Positions 10,299-20,867 of a stretch of 64,000 nucleotides of DNA are shown here, piece by piece. The first letter of the stretch is position 1. Each line of letters opens with the position of its first letter. The stretch comes from Spirochaetia bacterium (GTDB lineage Bacteria > Spirochaetota > Spirochaetia > UBA9216): NCBI GenBank assembly GCA_963675665.1, contig OY776510.1, positions 3,584,001-3,648,000 of the forward strand, written 5' to 3'. The notes under the pieces are model-generated. The model ran no database searches. It was not told the origin of the DNA and saw only the letters and a list, made by a program, of their open reading frames with translations. Made by a program: the position numbers and the translations under genes.

Positions 10299-11387
10299 AT
10301 GTTTAAGACAATCGACCGAATGATAGTAAAACAGTTTCTCCCTACTTTTCTTATGGCCGTTCTGTTTTTTGTCCTGATACTCGAAATGGTAGATCTCTTC
10401 GCTAATCTATGGCGTTATATTCAGAATGAAGTTACAATTTTTCAGATGATGCAGGTATTTTTGTATTATATCCCAAAATGTATAAGTTTCTCTCTCCCGA
10501 TGGCCCTGCTGTTCGCCGTATCCTATACGCTTGGAAATTATTACGCGAACAACGAATTAATCGCAATTTTCGGATCCGGAATTTCCTTATTCCGTTTTGT
10601 CAGTTCACTTGTATTATTCGGGCTGCTAATCAGTTTCGGTTCGTTTCTTTTTGAGGAACAAGTTGTAATTGATACCTACAAGATTAAAAATGAGCTTTCC
10701 AACCAGCTCCTCAGGCAGAGTCAAAGTCTGAATAACAACAATCCGACGGTGATTGATCAGAACGGCAGAATAATTTACAGTGCTGATTTCTATAACGATC
10801 GTGATATAACCCTTTCCAATATCATCGTTATCGAAAAAAACTCCGATACTACACTTAAACAGACGCTTAATGCGGAATGGGCGGAATGGAATGCTGAAAA
10901 ATATCTCTGGGAATTTCACCGTTGCCGCCGATATTTCTATAATAGTGACAGCGGTTTTTATGATTTGGAATACTATGATTTATATTCAAATCCTGATTTG
11001 AATACCGATCCTTTTACTTTCAGAAAAGTCGTACGAAATGTCGACGAAATGAAGATTTTAGATGCAAAACAATGGATTTCCGCCCTCAGGAAAGCAGGGC
11101 TTCCGTATGCCGAATCGCTGACTGCTTATTATAAACGTTTCTCGTTTGCTTTTACACCTTTTATTGTCTGCCTCCTGTCAAGCGCAGTAGGGGGAAGATT
11201 CCGAAAAAATATTCTTTTAATGAGCCTGCTTACAAGCCTTGTTATTTCAGTTGTTTACTATGTTATGCAGATGGTATTTACCATCCTTGCCAATCTGGGT
11301 TATATTTCTCCGGCAGCGGGGGCATGGATACCTTTCCTGTTCTTCAGTATAGTCGGTTACTTTCTTTACAGACTTGCCCACGCTTAA
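10299..11387 (+). CDS. lptG: LptF/LptG family permease (LptG-like)
   Basis: NNELIAIFGSGIS, YKRFSFAFTP, ISPAAGAWIP; tandem with the LptF-like gene. Confidence 0.8.
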   Translation: MFKTIDRMIVKQFLPTFLMAVLFFVLILEMVDLFANLWRYIQNEVTIFQMMQVFLYYIPKCISFSLPMALLFAVSYTLGNYYANNELIAIFGSGISLFRFVSSLVLFGLLISFGSFLFEEQVVIDTYKIKNELSNQLLRQSQSLNNNNPTVIDQNGRIIYSADFYNDRDITLSNIIVIEKNSDTTLKQTLNAEWAEWNAEKYLWEFHRCRRYFYNSDSGFYDLEYYDLYSNPDLNTDPFTFRKVVRNVDEMKILDAKQWISALRKAGLPYAESLTAYYKRFSFAFTPFIVCLLSSAVGGRFRKNILLMSLLTSLVISVVYYVMQMVFTILANLGYISPAAGAWIPFLFFSIVGYFLYRLAHA

Positions 11388-11401
11388 TCAAGGAGCTGAT
11401 T

Positions 11402-12544
11402 TTGATATTTAACATAACGGGAAAAGACAACGAAACATCCGCCCGAAACGGTATTCTTGAATTGCCTCATGGTAATCTCGATACCCCTGTATTTATGCCG
11501 GTAGGGACAAATGCAACAGTAAAGGGTCTTCACCATGAAAGTATTGATAAAATCGGATTTAAACTCATACTTGCAAATACCTATCATCTGTATCTTCGTC
11601 CAGGCGTTGAGCTTATAGATGAATTTGAAGGAATTCATAAATTCAGCAACTGGAAACATAATATTTTGACGGACAGCGGCGGATTTCAGGTTTTTTCGCT
11701 TGCCCCGTTTCGAAAAATAAAGGAAGAGGGCGTTTATTTCCGCTCTCATATTGACGGCTCATACCATACCCTGACTCCGGAAAAAGTTGTACAGCTTCAG
11801 AAAGCTTTCCGAAGCGATATTATGATGCAGCTTGACGTCTGTACACCGCCAGAAATTACCTACAGAAAAGCCCTTGAGGCTCTTGAGCTGACTACCAGAT
11901 GGGCACAACGAAGCCGTACTGAATGGTTAAAGGAAACTCCCGGTTACGAGGGTTCTCTCTTCGGCATCGTTCAGGGCAATTTTTACAAAGATCTTCGCAA
12001 ACGCAGCGCGGAAGAAATAATCAGCCTTGATTTGCCGGGTATAGCCATAGGAGGACTTTCAGTAGGCGAAGAATACTCTCAGTTTACCGATTTCCTCGCG
12101 TTCACCGCGCAGTTGCTGCCTGAAAATAAACCGCGCTATCTGATGGGTATAGGCACTCCGGAATACATCCTTGATGCGGTGGAAAACGGTATAGATCTCT
12201 TCGACTGTGTTCTTCCAACCCGAATCGCGCGGAACAGCACCGTATTTACCCCGGAAGGCACCATATCACTTAAAAAAGCAAAATTTTCGTCATCTCATGA
12301 TCCTATAGTGAAAGGCTGCGGTTGTCACGCCTGTCGCAATTATTCACGCGCTTATCTAAGACATCTTTTCAAGGCTGGTGAAATGCTCGGACCCATGCTC
12401 GCTTCGGAACATAACCTTTATTTTCTACATAACATGATGAAGGAAATCCGTGAAAGTATAAAAGAAGGAAATTTCAGGAAATATAAAAATAATTTTCTGA
12501 AACAATACAATTCAGCCGGTTCCACCGGAAAGGCCGGGATTTAA
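11402..12544 (+). CDS. tgt: Queuine tRNA-ribosyltransferase
   Basis: TPVFMPVGT, LANTYHL, LTDSGGFQVFSL, GIVQG, PRYLMGIG, DCVLPTR, CxCxxC Zn site; start moved to TTG 11402 after SD AGGAG. Confidence 0.97.
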   Translation: MIFNITGKDNETSARNGILELPHGNLDTPVFMPVGTNATVKGLHHESIDKIGFKLILANTYHLYLRPGVELIDEFEGIHKFSNWKHNILTDSGGFQVFSLAPFRKIKEEGVYFRSHIDGSYHTLTPEKVVQLQKAFRSDIMMQLDVCTPPEITYRKALEALELTTRWAQRSRTEWLKETPGYEGSLFGIVQGNFYKDLRKRSAEEIISLDLPGIAIGGLSVGEEYSQFTDFLAFTAQLLPENKPRYLMGIGTPEYILDAVENGIDLFDCVLPTRIARNSTVFTPEGTISLKKAKFSSSHDPIVKGCGCHACRNYSRAYLRHLFKAGEMLGPMLASEHNLYFLHNMMKEIRESIKEGNFRKYKNNFLKQYNSAGSTGKAGI

Positions 12545-12546
12545 AA

Positions 12547-14100
12547 GTGGGAGAAAAGAATACTGCAAAATCCACAGTAATAGTTATGATGTGTACCCTG
12601 ATTTCCCGTATTCTGGGCTTTGTCAGAATTGCTGTAATATCAGCTGTATTCGGAGCCGGGGGCAAGGCAGATGTAATAAACCTTACATTTTCAATTCCGA
12701 ATAATCTGCGCAAACTTTCAGCAGAGGGAGCTCTATCATCAGCATTTATACCTGTATTATCAAAATCGATAGCCAAAACTGGTGCAAAAAACGAACCGGT
12801 AAAAATCGTAAGAAATCTTATAGCGTTTCAATTACTGCTGCTGATTCCATTGTGCCTTGTCTGTATTATCTTTTCGGAACCCCTTATACGGATTGTTCTT
12901 TCAGAATTTACTTCCCCGTGGCAGCTTGAAATGTCTTCTGATTTGTTTAAATGGTTTATAAACTACCTTTTATTCATCAGCATAAGCGCAGTTATAATGG
13001 GCGCTCTGAACTCTTCAGGTCATTTCCTTATTCCTGCAGTTACTCCCATTCTTTTTTCAGTCTGTGTAATAAGTTCGATTCTTTTTCTACACAAAAGTCT
13101 CGGGGTATTTTCAATGGCTGTAGGCGTTTTAGCCGGCGGGACCGCCCAGATTTTATTTCAGGTTCCGGTTTTCCGTAAATACGGTTTTGATCTTAAACCT
13201 GATTTCTCATTCAGGAATGAACATTTCAAAACCATTATCAAACTGTGGCTTCCGGTTCTCGCAACAAGCTCAATTCTTACTATAACACAGACGATAGCTT
13301 TCAGATTTGCTTCAGGTCTGGCTGAAGGCAGTACTTCAGCGCTGACCTATGCAATAGTATACTGGCAGTTTCCTTACGGTATTTTTTCCGCTTCCATATC
13401 CACTGTTCTTTTTCCGCGGATGGCACGCCAAATCGGCCTTAATGATACCGGAGGGCTGCGTGACACCATACAATACGGAATACGGTATCTTGCCGTGCTT
13501 CTTGTTCCTTCCGCAATTTTTCTATCACTGTTCGGTCATGAGATAATAAGCGTTACCATTCAGAGAGGCCAGTTTACTGCCGAAAATACGAATATGACTG
13601 CCAATGTTTTATCAGCATACAGCCTTGGTCTCTTCAGTACAGGAGCCTATAATTTCCTGCAGAGATACTACTACTCGGCGGGAAACTATCGTATACCTTT
13701 TATTGTCACATCTTTTGTTGCCGTCCTTGATATAGTACTGTCCGTCTGGCTGAAACAAACGTTTCTGGGCGTAAGCGGACTTGCAATAGCCAATACGGCA
13801 GCGTTTACGGCAGGCCTGATTTTTTTATTACTGCTTGTCCGAAAAGAACTCGGCTTTTTCGGTGGACGGAAAATCATTGTAACTTTTATAAAAATAGCCG
13901 TTTCAATGATACCTTTTATTGTATTTCTTTTAATTCTGCGAAATTTCACCGGAAACTGGTGGCAAAACGGAAGCAGCATCTCAAACCTTATTCTTCTTGC
14001 TGTCGGATTTGCCGTAAGCTGCATTCTTATACTTTCCATGTATAAAATACTTAAAATTGAGATGATTGATGATATATTCAAAAAAAGAGGCGCCCGGTAA
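12547..14100 (+). CDS. murJ: Lipid II flippase MurJ (MviN)
   Basis: LISRILGFVR, FSIPNNLRKLSAEGALSSAFIPV, QFPYGIF; ~14 TM segments. Confidence 0.95.
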   Translation: MGEKNTAKSTVIVMMCTLISRILGFVRIAVISAVFGAGGKADVINLTFSIPNNLRKLSAEGALSSAFIPVLSKSIAKTGAKNEPVKIVRNLIAFQLLLLIPLCLVCIIFSEPLIRIVLSEFTSPWQLEMSSDLFKWFINYLLFISISAVIMGALNSSGHFLIPAVTPILFSVCVISSILFLHKSLGVFSMAVGVLAGGTAQILFQVPVFRKYGFDLKPDFSFRNEHFKTIIKLWLPVLATSSILTITQTIAFRFASGLAEGSTSALTYAIVYWQFPYGIFSASISTVLFPRMARQIGLNDTGGLRDTIQYGIRYLAVLLVPSAIFLSLFGHEIISVTIQRGQFTAENTNMTANVLSAYSLGLFSTGAYNFLQRYYYSAGNYRIPFIVTSFVAVLDIVLSVWLKQTFLGVSGLAIANTAAFTAGLIFLLLLVRKELGFFGGRKIIVTFIKIAVSMIPFIVFLLILRNFTGNWWQNGSSISNLILLAVGFAVSCILILSMYKILKIEMIDDIFKKRGAR

Positions 14101-15438
14101 ATGAAAATCATTAATTTTATTTTTATTTTTATAATTTCTTTTTCCGGGCTGTTTCCCTTAATCGCCGAAGAATCTGAGGATATTCAATCGCTTACGAAAG
14201 AACGCGAAGACATTCTTCGTTACGGAATTGATTCAGAAGTTATTGCCTTGATTAATACTCTTGAAGATGAAGAAGATGTTAATCTTGCGGATATAATTGC
14301 GGAAGTATATGATAATTCCCTCAATTCTTCAGTTCTTGATGCTGCTGTTAATTATTTCATCAAGATAGAATATTCAGATGCTTATGAATCGGCGGAAAAC
14401 AGGATCAAAAACTGGGAAGACATTGATTACAGCACTCTTACATCCTCCCTGCGTTATATCTCAACATTTTACCGCGACGATACCGAAACACTTATACTTC
14501 CGCTTGTTGACCACGACAGTAAAATACTTGCGTCGTCCGCATTAACCGCACTCGGTAAATGCGGAACTGAAAAATCAGCTGACACTCTTTTGGATTATCT
14601 GGATGACGATGATTATCCCGAAGAACTGAAACCCACCATCATAAAATCACTTGGAGAAATGAAATCCGAAAAAGCTATTTATATTCTGCTGGATATTCTT
14701 GAAGATGTTGATGAAGAAAAATCCTGGCGCTGGAATGCATGCGAGGCGCTCGGTAAAATTGCTGATAAAGAGACTCTTCCTGTTATCACAAAGGCGCTTC
14801 AGGACAACGATACGTACCTTCGGGCCTACGCTGTTAAAGCTCTTACGGCATTTGATGACGAAAGCGTTGAAGATACGCTGATACAATCTCTTCGTGATTC
14901 ATTCTGGAGGGTAAGGGTAAGCGCTGCTGAAGCCCTTGGCGAACGCGAAAGTAAAAAGTCAGTTGACATTCTTATTTACAAAGCCAAAAAAGATCCTGAA
15001 AATAATGTTAAACTTGCCGCTGTTGATGCTCTTGGAAAAATCGGAGGGCAGACTTCCATGGATTTCCTAAGAGATCTATACAAAAAAAATACAACTCCTC
15101 AATCGATCAGAACAAAGGCTGCTGAAATAATTATTGAAAATGATATTAATGATTCAATCGACTTCATCACTACTGTTCTCGCCGAAGAATGGGAAAAGGA
15201 TAATTCTGCTGTTCTGGGTTATACCTGTAAATTCCTCAGTAAAGCCGAACACGGCAGGCTTGAATCCCTGTTTGAACAGATGCTGAACCATAAAGACGTC
15301 GCCGTAAAAATTTACGGCATACGAGGAATCAGTTTAAATAAATTCACTTCACTTAAGGAACGAATTGAGGAGTTAACCAAAGAAGGTGTTAACAGCGCAG
15401 TCAGAAAAGCAGCGCTGTCGGCTTTAGAAGAACTCTGA
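14101..15438 (+). CDS. Exported HEAT/PBS-lyase-repeat protein
   Basis: N-terminal signal peptide; repeated (W)RVRxxAAEALG / ALGKIG HEAT units. Confidence 0.8.
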   Translation: MKIINFIFIFIISFSGLFPLIAEESEDIQSLTKEREDILRYGIDSEVIALINTLEDEEDVNLADIIAEVYDNSLNSSVLDAAVNYFIKIEYSDAYESAENRIKNWEDIDYSTLTSSLRYISTFYRDDTETLILPLVDHDSKILASSALTALGKCGTEKSADTLLDYLDDDDYPEELKPTIIKSLGEMKSEKAIYILLDILEDVDEEKSWRWNACEALGKIADKETLPVITKALQDNDTYLRAYAVKALTAFDDESVEDTLIQSLRDSFWRVRVSAAEALGERESKKSVDILIYKAKKDPENNVKLAAVDALGKIGGQTSMDFLRDLYKKNTTPQSIRTKAAEIIIENDINDSIDFITTVLAEEWEKDNSAVLGYTCKFLSKAEHGRLESLFEQMLNHKDVAVKIYGIRGISLNKFTSLKERIEELTKEGVNSAVRKAALSALEEL

Positions 15439-15454
15439 CTAATGCTTAATGCTC

Positions 15455-17170
15455 TTAGTAGTCGAAATCTGGAGACCCCGGATGTTTGGTCATTGTCAGA
15501 AGTCTGTTCAGTCTTTCAAGTTCTGAAATCCACTGTCTGAATTCAATATAAAAAAGTTTACCCTCAGGAGTGACTATCTTTATCTTTTTATAAAGACATT
15601 CATGAAGCGGCTCTTTAAGTTCGGGAAAGTATTCTTTCTCAACAGGATAAAAAATAAAATTTTTACCTGTACATTCAATCTCAGCCAAAACATGAGGAAC
15701 CTTAATAAAGAAAATACGAAATGCAGCCGATGCCGAACTTCCAATTACACGACGTTTTTTCAGTCCCAGCCATTTCACATTAATAATTCCCAGCTTGGTA
15801 TTCTGCCCGAATACATGCATTTGAACCGGTCTGTTCTTTTTATTGATGTAATAGGAATTAGCAGCAGCTGAGCTTCCGGATGTTATAAAAATCTCTTCAG
15901 GTTCATGACGTTTTGTCAATTTCTGTTCATCTGTGTCATTAGGTTTCTTTATTCCTTCGACAACTTCTTTTTCATCCTCAGTAACAGAAGCGGCTGCCGG
16001 AATAAGAATTCCTTCAACCGGTCGTCCGGACAAAGATTTCTTTATTATCAGTATTATTATTACGGCGACAGCTATTCCAATCAGCAATGCAATCACCCTC
16101 CAGTCGGTTACATACTTTAAAACCTTGTCAATTCCGCCTTTGGGTTGAAAATTATATCTTAAAACCAGTGTTTTGGGCTCGGTATCTATTCCGCCGACCA
16201 GTTTCAGCATAACCTCAGCCTGCTGCTCTCCGGTAACCTGATCTTCCGGAAGTTCCAGTTCGATAACAAGCACATCCGTCTCTTCTGGCCCTATATATAT
16301 CGATTCCTTGTTCCTGAGAAGATCAGTCTGCTGCTCAATAACTGCAGAAAGGCTGAACAAAAGAGCTTCATTTGATCTGTTCCTTATTGTTATCGGAACT
16401 TCCAGAGTACCGTTTGTTTCGCCCAGATGCCCTGGAATACTGATTTCAGGAATTCCCAAAACGATACCGGCCATATCGTTTTCATTTTTATCAAAAACGT
16501 TCGGTTCACTTCCGAGTGATTCGCTTACCGTATCAAGAACATTCACCGGTTCGGACTGTGTTTCGGTATAATCTCCGGAAGGTTCATCTGTTGCCTGTTT
16601 ATCGTCAACAAAATCATCCGCATCAGTTTCGTTTATTTCATCTTCCGATATCTCAACGATTGAAACATCCCATCCTTCACGATGGATGCTGTCGGATGCT
16701 TTTTTAACTTCCTCCCTGGTTTTTTCATCTCCGGAGTATAAATATGGACTGCCCGGCGGCGGATCATGAATACCGTCCGTCAGTATTACAATTTTCTTTT
16801 TATTGCTTAAAGGTAAATCAAGAGTATATTTATATAAAAATCTCAAAGCCAAAACGAGATCCGTGTAATTTCCCATCGGCTGCAATAAAGAAGAGTAGGC
16901 GAGTATCCCCTCGATATCTTCTTCATTTTTTATCTCTCTGGAAATTTCAACTTCAGGAAAATCGGCAAATGTTATCAGATTAAAGGTATCGCCGGGTCTC
17001 AGATGTTCTGATATTATCTTTTTCAGAAGTGAATCCTGGATCTGTTCATAATAGGGAAGTACACTAACGGAATTATCCAGAAGGACAATCATATCAACCC
17101 TTTCGGCACCGAAAACCGGTGTCGAAAGTATCATTACCAGGAAAAAAAACAGAATTATACTTTTTTTCAT
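15455..17170 (-). CDS. vWA-domain membrane protein
   Basis: Signal peptide; MIDAS DNSVS...TD...ILTDG; beta-rich middle region; one TM helix (VIALLIGIAVAVIIILII); C-terminal cytoplasmic domain. Confidence 0.8.
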   Translation of the reverse strand: MKKSIILFFFLVMILSTPVFGAERVDMIVLLDNSVSVLPYYEQIQDSLLKKIISEHLRPGDTFNLITFADFPEVEISREIKNEEDIEGILAYSSLLQPMGNYTDLVLALRFLYKYTLDLPLSNKKKIVILTDGIHDPPPGSPYLYSGDEKTREEVKKASDSIHREGWDVSIVEISEDEINETDADDFVDDKQATDEPSGDYTETQSEPVNVLDTVSESLGSEPNVFDKNENDMAGIVLGIPEISIPGHLGETNGTLEVPITIRNRSNEALLFSLSAVIEQQTDLLRNKESIYIGPEETDVLVIELELPEDQVTGEQQAEVMLKLVGGIDTEPKTLVLRYNFQPKGGIDKVLKYVTDWRVIALLIGIAVAVIIILIIKKSLSGRPVEGILIPAAASVTEDEKEVVEGIKKPNDTDEQKLTKRHEPEEIFITSGSSAAANSYYINKKNRPVQMHVFGQNTKLGIINVKWLGLKKRRVIGSSASAAFRIFFIKVPHVLAEIECTGKNFIFYPVEKEYFPELKEPLHECLYKKIKIVTPEGKLFYIEFRQWISELERLNRLLTMTKHPGSPDFDY

Positions 17171-17189
17171 TACAACTCCGATTATAAAT

Positions 17190-19883
17190 CTAAAAATCTG
17201 CTATTTTAAGCTCCTCAATGGAATAGTCGTACTCTCGTTCGTTAATGGTAAATTTCAAATTCTCTCCTATGGAATGTCCGAGAAGCTTTCCGGCAAAAGG
17301 AGATTGGTAAGAAATTATATTCTTTGCCGGATTTGATTCCCAAGGCCCCATAATTGTAAATTTTTCTTCCTTACCGCTGATATTATTTTTAAGTGAAACT
17401 GTAATTCCGAATGCAATCTTGTCTTCCCGTACGGTAGCTCTGTTTACAACCTGGGCTTTTTCAATTTCATCCTGAAGCTTGCCTACGCTAATTTGAAGCA
17501 GTTCCTGTTTTTCTTTGCCGGCTTTATATTCTGCATTCTCACTTAAATCGCCCAATTCGATTGCAGCCCCAATCTCTTTTGAATTCTTCGGTATTTCAAC
17601 CTCAATAATATGCTTAAGCTCTTTCTGCTTCAGTGATAATGCCGTTTCGGATACCAATAGACCGCGTACTGCAGGTTTCACATCCATTTTTGAGGTTTCT
17701 TCATCATAAAATTTAAAATTACTGAACCTGCTTCTTATAAGCTCCTTGAAAGGCTGCTTAATCTTGACGTCGAGGTCCTTAACATCTGAAATCAAAGTAT
17801 AGATTCTGTTTACTGAATCCTCATCGCCCTTTGCAAGATATTTTTCAATATGGCCGTCTTTCACCAAAAAGGTCTGTACCTGCTTGTTCAGTCTCCGGTT
17901 ATCGCTTACATCACGTTTATCAGAAATTTCCCTGTATGTAATGTCCAGAAGGTGAATCATGTTTATCAGGATCTTTTCAAAGTTAACATTATGTTTCTCG
18001 CACCATTTCTCGGTGATATAATTTTTTACAAGCCATATAAATGCTTCACGATATTCTCGGTATCTGTCTGAAATACTTATAAAAAGCTCTTCAACTTTTT
18101 CACGGTAGTTTGAAGATATCAGCTCATCGATAATCGATGTCGACATTGCCTTCGGAAAAAGTTTAACATAAATTTCAGGCCAGTCTTCCTTCTGTTTGAG
18201 TGCTATTAGAAACTGCTTTCTGATATCACTGTTATCAAGATTTACATATACCGATTCAAGATCTTCAACGCTTTGAATCATTTCAAGAAAATTCAGACTG
18301 AAATCTGTTGAATTAAGAAATGGATACTGATCAATCAGCTTTTTAATTACAAAAAAACTTGCAACAACCTGTTCATTTGCAACTGTGTATGATTTCAGAA
18401 GGTTTGCAAAATACATGAACATTTCATTAAAAAACTCAGACTCCGGATCGCTTACCTTAACAAAATCATCAAGCGCTTTTATTTTGTTGAAAAAATTCTT
18501 TTCTGCCTTGAATTTGTTGTATATTTTTTCTTCCTTGGATATCGGTTTATCTCTTACCATAAAAACGTCTATTTTGTCAGGATGATTTCCGAATGCAGGA
18601 TCTTCCTTAAGAATATTTCTGGCCTGGGTACTCCAGCTTGACCATTCTCCTGCTGTAAGAATACCGGGAACAAGAGCAGCTTTAATCTGTTTCATGTTAG
18701 CAGCATTGTCAAAACTTTTAATAACAATTTTCAGAGTCCAGTTAACATCGCCTTTAATTTTCTTTTTAAGAACTTCTTTCTTTTTTCGTACTTTCAGAAC
18801 ATTTATATGATCGCTGGCAAGACTTGTCAGGGCATTTACGGCCATTTTCAACGACATTTTATGATTTCGTTTCTTAACGAAATCAATTATTATTTCATCG
18901 CCGCTTATTTTCCGGATTTTACCGATCCCCCAGGCCTTATGACTTACAAAACTGCCGACATCAAAAGAAATATGCTTCTCAAAATCAGCAATCGCATCAT
19001 GAACATTTCTCCAGCTCTGATTCAGGTTGGACAGCCTTATGTATTCATCCAGCTGGCTGTGAAAACTGTATTTTGCTTTATAACTGTCGGTAATTTCTTT
19101 TCTTGCCCAGGCATTTTTGGAATCATATACAAGAATGTCTTTCAGAATATCGATACAACGGTTCCAGTTTTCTTTGGATTTATAATAAGCGTATAAATCC
19201 TCCAGAAGCTGTGAAGCCCTTTCCGTGCTTATTATGGTGCTGACTTTTCGATCAACGTGATTGAAAAAATCAATCTCTTCAGGACTGTATTCTATAAGTT
19301 TGGCCCAGATATCCTTAACACTGCTGAAAAGCTTTTTATTAATAAACCGGTGTATGGCTTTTTTATACAGCTCTACTGCACTTTCAATGTCTCCCTCATT
19401 TTCAGCCTTTTCGGCCAGAACCTTCACAATCTCCGCTTCGTCATAGTCGACCTTAATCAGGCGTTCCCAGACTTCCAGCTTTTTTTCTTCTTCGTTTTCA
19501 TGCTCATAGCAGTCTGCGAGGGTTCTCAACGCATACTTGTTCTCACCGAAATCGAGAATACTGTTGCACAGAAATTCAACAATGCTCCATTTATGGTTAT
19601 CAGCAAATATGGTTATCAGAACAACCAGGTTGGTATCATCTATAAGCTGTCTTCTTAGTCCTAGTATTCCCGAGATATAAAGTGCGGCAATGCTGTTTTT
19701 TGTATGTGTAAGATGCTCATCACACAGTTCTTTCACCTCAGCCTGCACTTCGTCCTCATATGACAATTTGATTAGAGCATCGAGTTCCTTAAAATTATTT
19801 ATTGAATAGTTGTTGAGCGTAGCTCTGGTCCATTTTTCTTCGTTTAGAATTTCAGTAACTGTTTTCACGCAATCTGCGGACAT
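17190..19883 (-). CDS. greA: Transcription elongation factor GreA with large N-terminal extension (spirochaete/chlamydial type)
   Basis: C-terminal AIELGDLSENAEYKAGKE and GPWESNP..IISYQSP; ~740-aa helical N-terminal extension; SD CAGGAG. Confidence 0.93.
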   Translation of the reverse strand: MSADCVKTVTEILNEEKWTRATLNNYSINNFKELDALIKLSYEDEVQAEVKELCDEHLTHTKNSIAALYISGILGLRRQLIDDTNLVVLITIFADNHKWSIVEFLCNSILDFGENKYALRTLADCYEHENEEEKKLEVWERLIKVDYDEAEIVKVLAEKAENEGDIESAVELYKKAIHRFINKKLFSSVKDIWAKLIEYSPEEIDFFNHVDRKVSTIISTERASQLLEDLYAYYKSKENWNRCIDILKDILVYDSKNAWARKEITDSYKAKYSFHSQLDEYIRLSNLNQSWRNVHDAIADFEKHISFDVGSFVSHKAWGIGKIRKISGDEIIIDFVKKRNHKMSLKMAVNALTSLASDHINVLKVRKKKEVLKKKIKGDVNWTLKIVIKSFDNAANMKQIKAALVPGILTAGEWSSWSTQARNILKEDPAFGNHPDKIDVFMVRDKPISKEEKIYNKFKAEKNFFNKIKALDDFVKVSDPESEFFNEMFMYFANLLKSYTVANEQVVASFFVIKKLIDQYPFLNSTDFSLNFLEMIQSVEDLESVYVNLDNSDIRKQFLIALKQKEDWPEIYVKLFPKAMSTSIIDELISSNYREKVEELFISISDRYREYREAFIWLVKNYITEKWCEKHNVNFEKILINMIHLLDITYREISDKRDVSDNRRLNKQVQTFLVKDGHIEKYLAKGDEDSVNRIYTLISDVKDLDVKIKQPFKELIRSRFSNFKFYDEETSKMDVKPAVRGLLVSETALSLKQKELKHIIEVEIPKNSKEIGAAIELGDLSENAEYKAGKEKQELLQISVGKLQDEIEKAQVVNRATVREDKIAFGITVSLKNNISGKEEKFTIMGPWESNPAKNIISYQSPFAGKLLGHSIGENLKFTINEREYDYSIEELKIADF

Positions 19884-19895
19884 TATTCACTCCTG

Positions 19896-20828
19896 CTAGT
19901 TGATATACTCCATAAAGATCTCATTATTGAGTCTTTTCATTTTTCGCAAGACATCTTCGATCTTTGCGCGTTCTTCATTTACGCATACGTAATGATCGAT
20001 CAGTCTGAAATAATAATTAAGAAGTCTGGGCATTGTCTCGGGGCCCACATCTTCTTTCTTTTCTAGCCTGCTTTCATAAGAGAAAATCGACTGCTTCAAC
20101 TTCCCCAGCTCAAGCGGCTTCAATTCCCGTTTAACATTAAGCACACCATAGACTACACCGTAAACGGGCAGCCATTCTTTTGCCATATTACCGGTTATTT
20201 TTAACTCTTTCAGCTGTGATAAAAGCCTTTCGATAATCATCGATTCCAGAAAAGCCAATTCTATTTTAACCGGATCAATAAAGAATGCTTCCCTGAAAAA
20301 TATTTTCGCGGTTTTCACTTCATTGATCAGCGCATAGCAGTCAGCCAGTTCTGCAATGACCGTGGAATTCCCTTTTTGCTGCCTGAAGGTTCTCTCAAGA
20401 AAGCTTAAAGCGTTTTCATAATCCCCGATACTCTTATAACACCTGCCGATTCTGAACAGAATTTCCGCATCATTGCCTCCGGAATCATAAAACACCTTTT
20501 CATAAGACTTTAACGCTTCTCCAAAACACCATTGTCTTATGGTATTCAGACATTTCTCATCTGTTTCGCTGAAGCTGCTGAAAAAAGCAGAAAAATTAAT
20601 CCACTCTTTTAAAAGGAATTCTCCCCTTGCAAAATGCTCCGTGAGCTGCTCCAGTTTCTCTTCTTTTCCTTTCCAGAAATTCGCACATTTAAGAGCACAT
20701 ATAATCTTTCCATCCTCAAAATCGATCGAGAGGGCTTTATCTAAAATATCTGCTGACTCTCCAAACAAGCCCTTACGGAAACAATCATATGCTTCATCGA
20801 GGAGAGATGTCTTCATAGCATTGTTCAT
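19896..20828 (-). CDS. Tetratricopeptide-repeat protein upstream of greA
   Basis: TPR-like units (ILFRIGRCYKSIGDYENAL, ELADCYAL); 12-bp gap to greA. Confidence 0.75.
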   Translation of the reverse strand: MNNAMKTSLLDEAYDCFRKGLFGESADILDKALSIDFEDGKIICALKCANFWKGKEEKLEQLTEHFARGEFLLKEWINFSAFFSSFSETDEKCLNTIRQWCFGEALKSYEKVFYDSGGNDAEILFRIGRCYKSIGDYENALSFLERTFRQQKGNSTVIAELADCYALINEVKTAKIFFREAFFIDPVKIELAFLESMIIERLLSQLKELKITGNMAKEWLPVYGVVYGVLNVKRELKPLELGKLKQSIFSYESRLEKKEDVGPETMPRLLNYYFRLIDHYVCVNEERAKIEDVLRKMKRLNNEIFMEYIN

Positions 20829-20839
20829 GTGCGTCTTTC

Positions 20840-20867
20840 ATTATATCATGTGAGTATTTTTAGTCAA
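20840..20867 (-). promoter_or_regulatory. Sigma70-type promoter of the TPR-greA-vWA operon
   Basis: Minus strand TTGACT-16 bp-TATAAT with extended -10 (TGaTATAAT). Confidence 0.7.
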
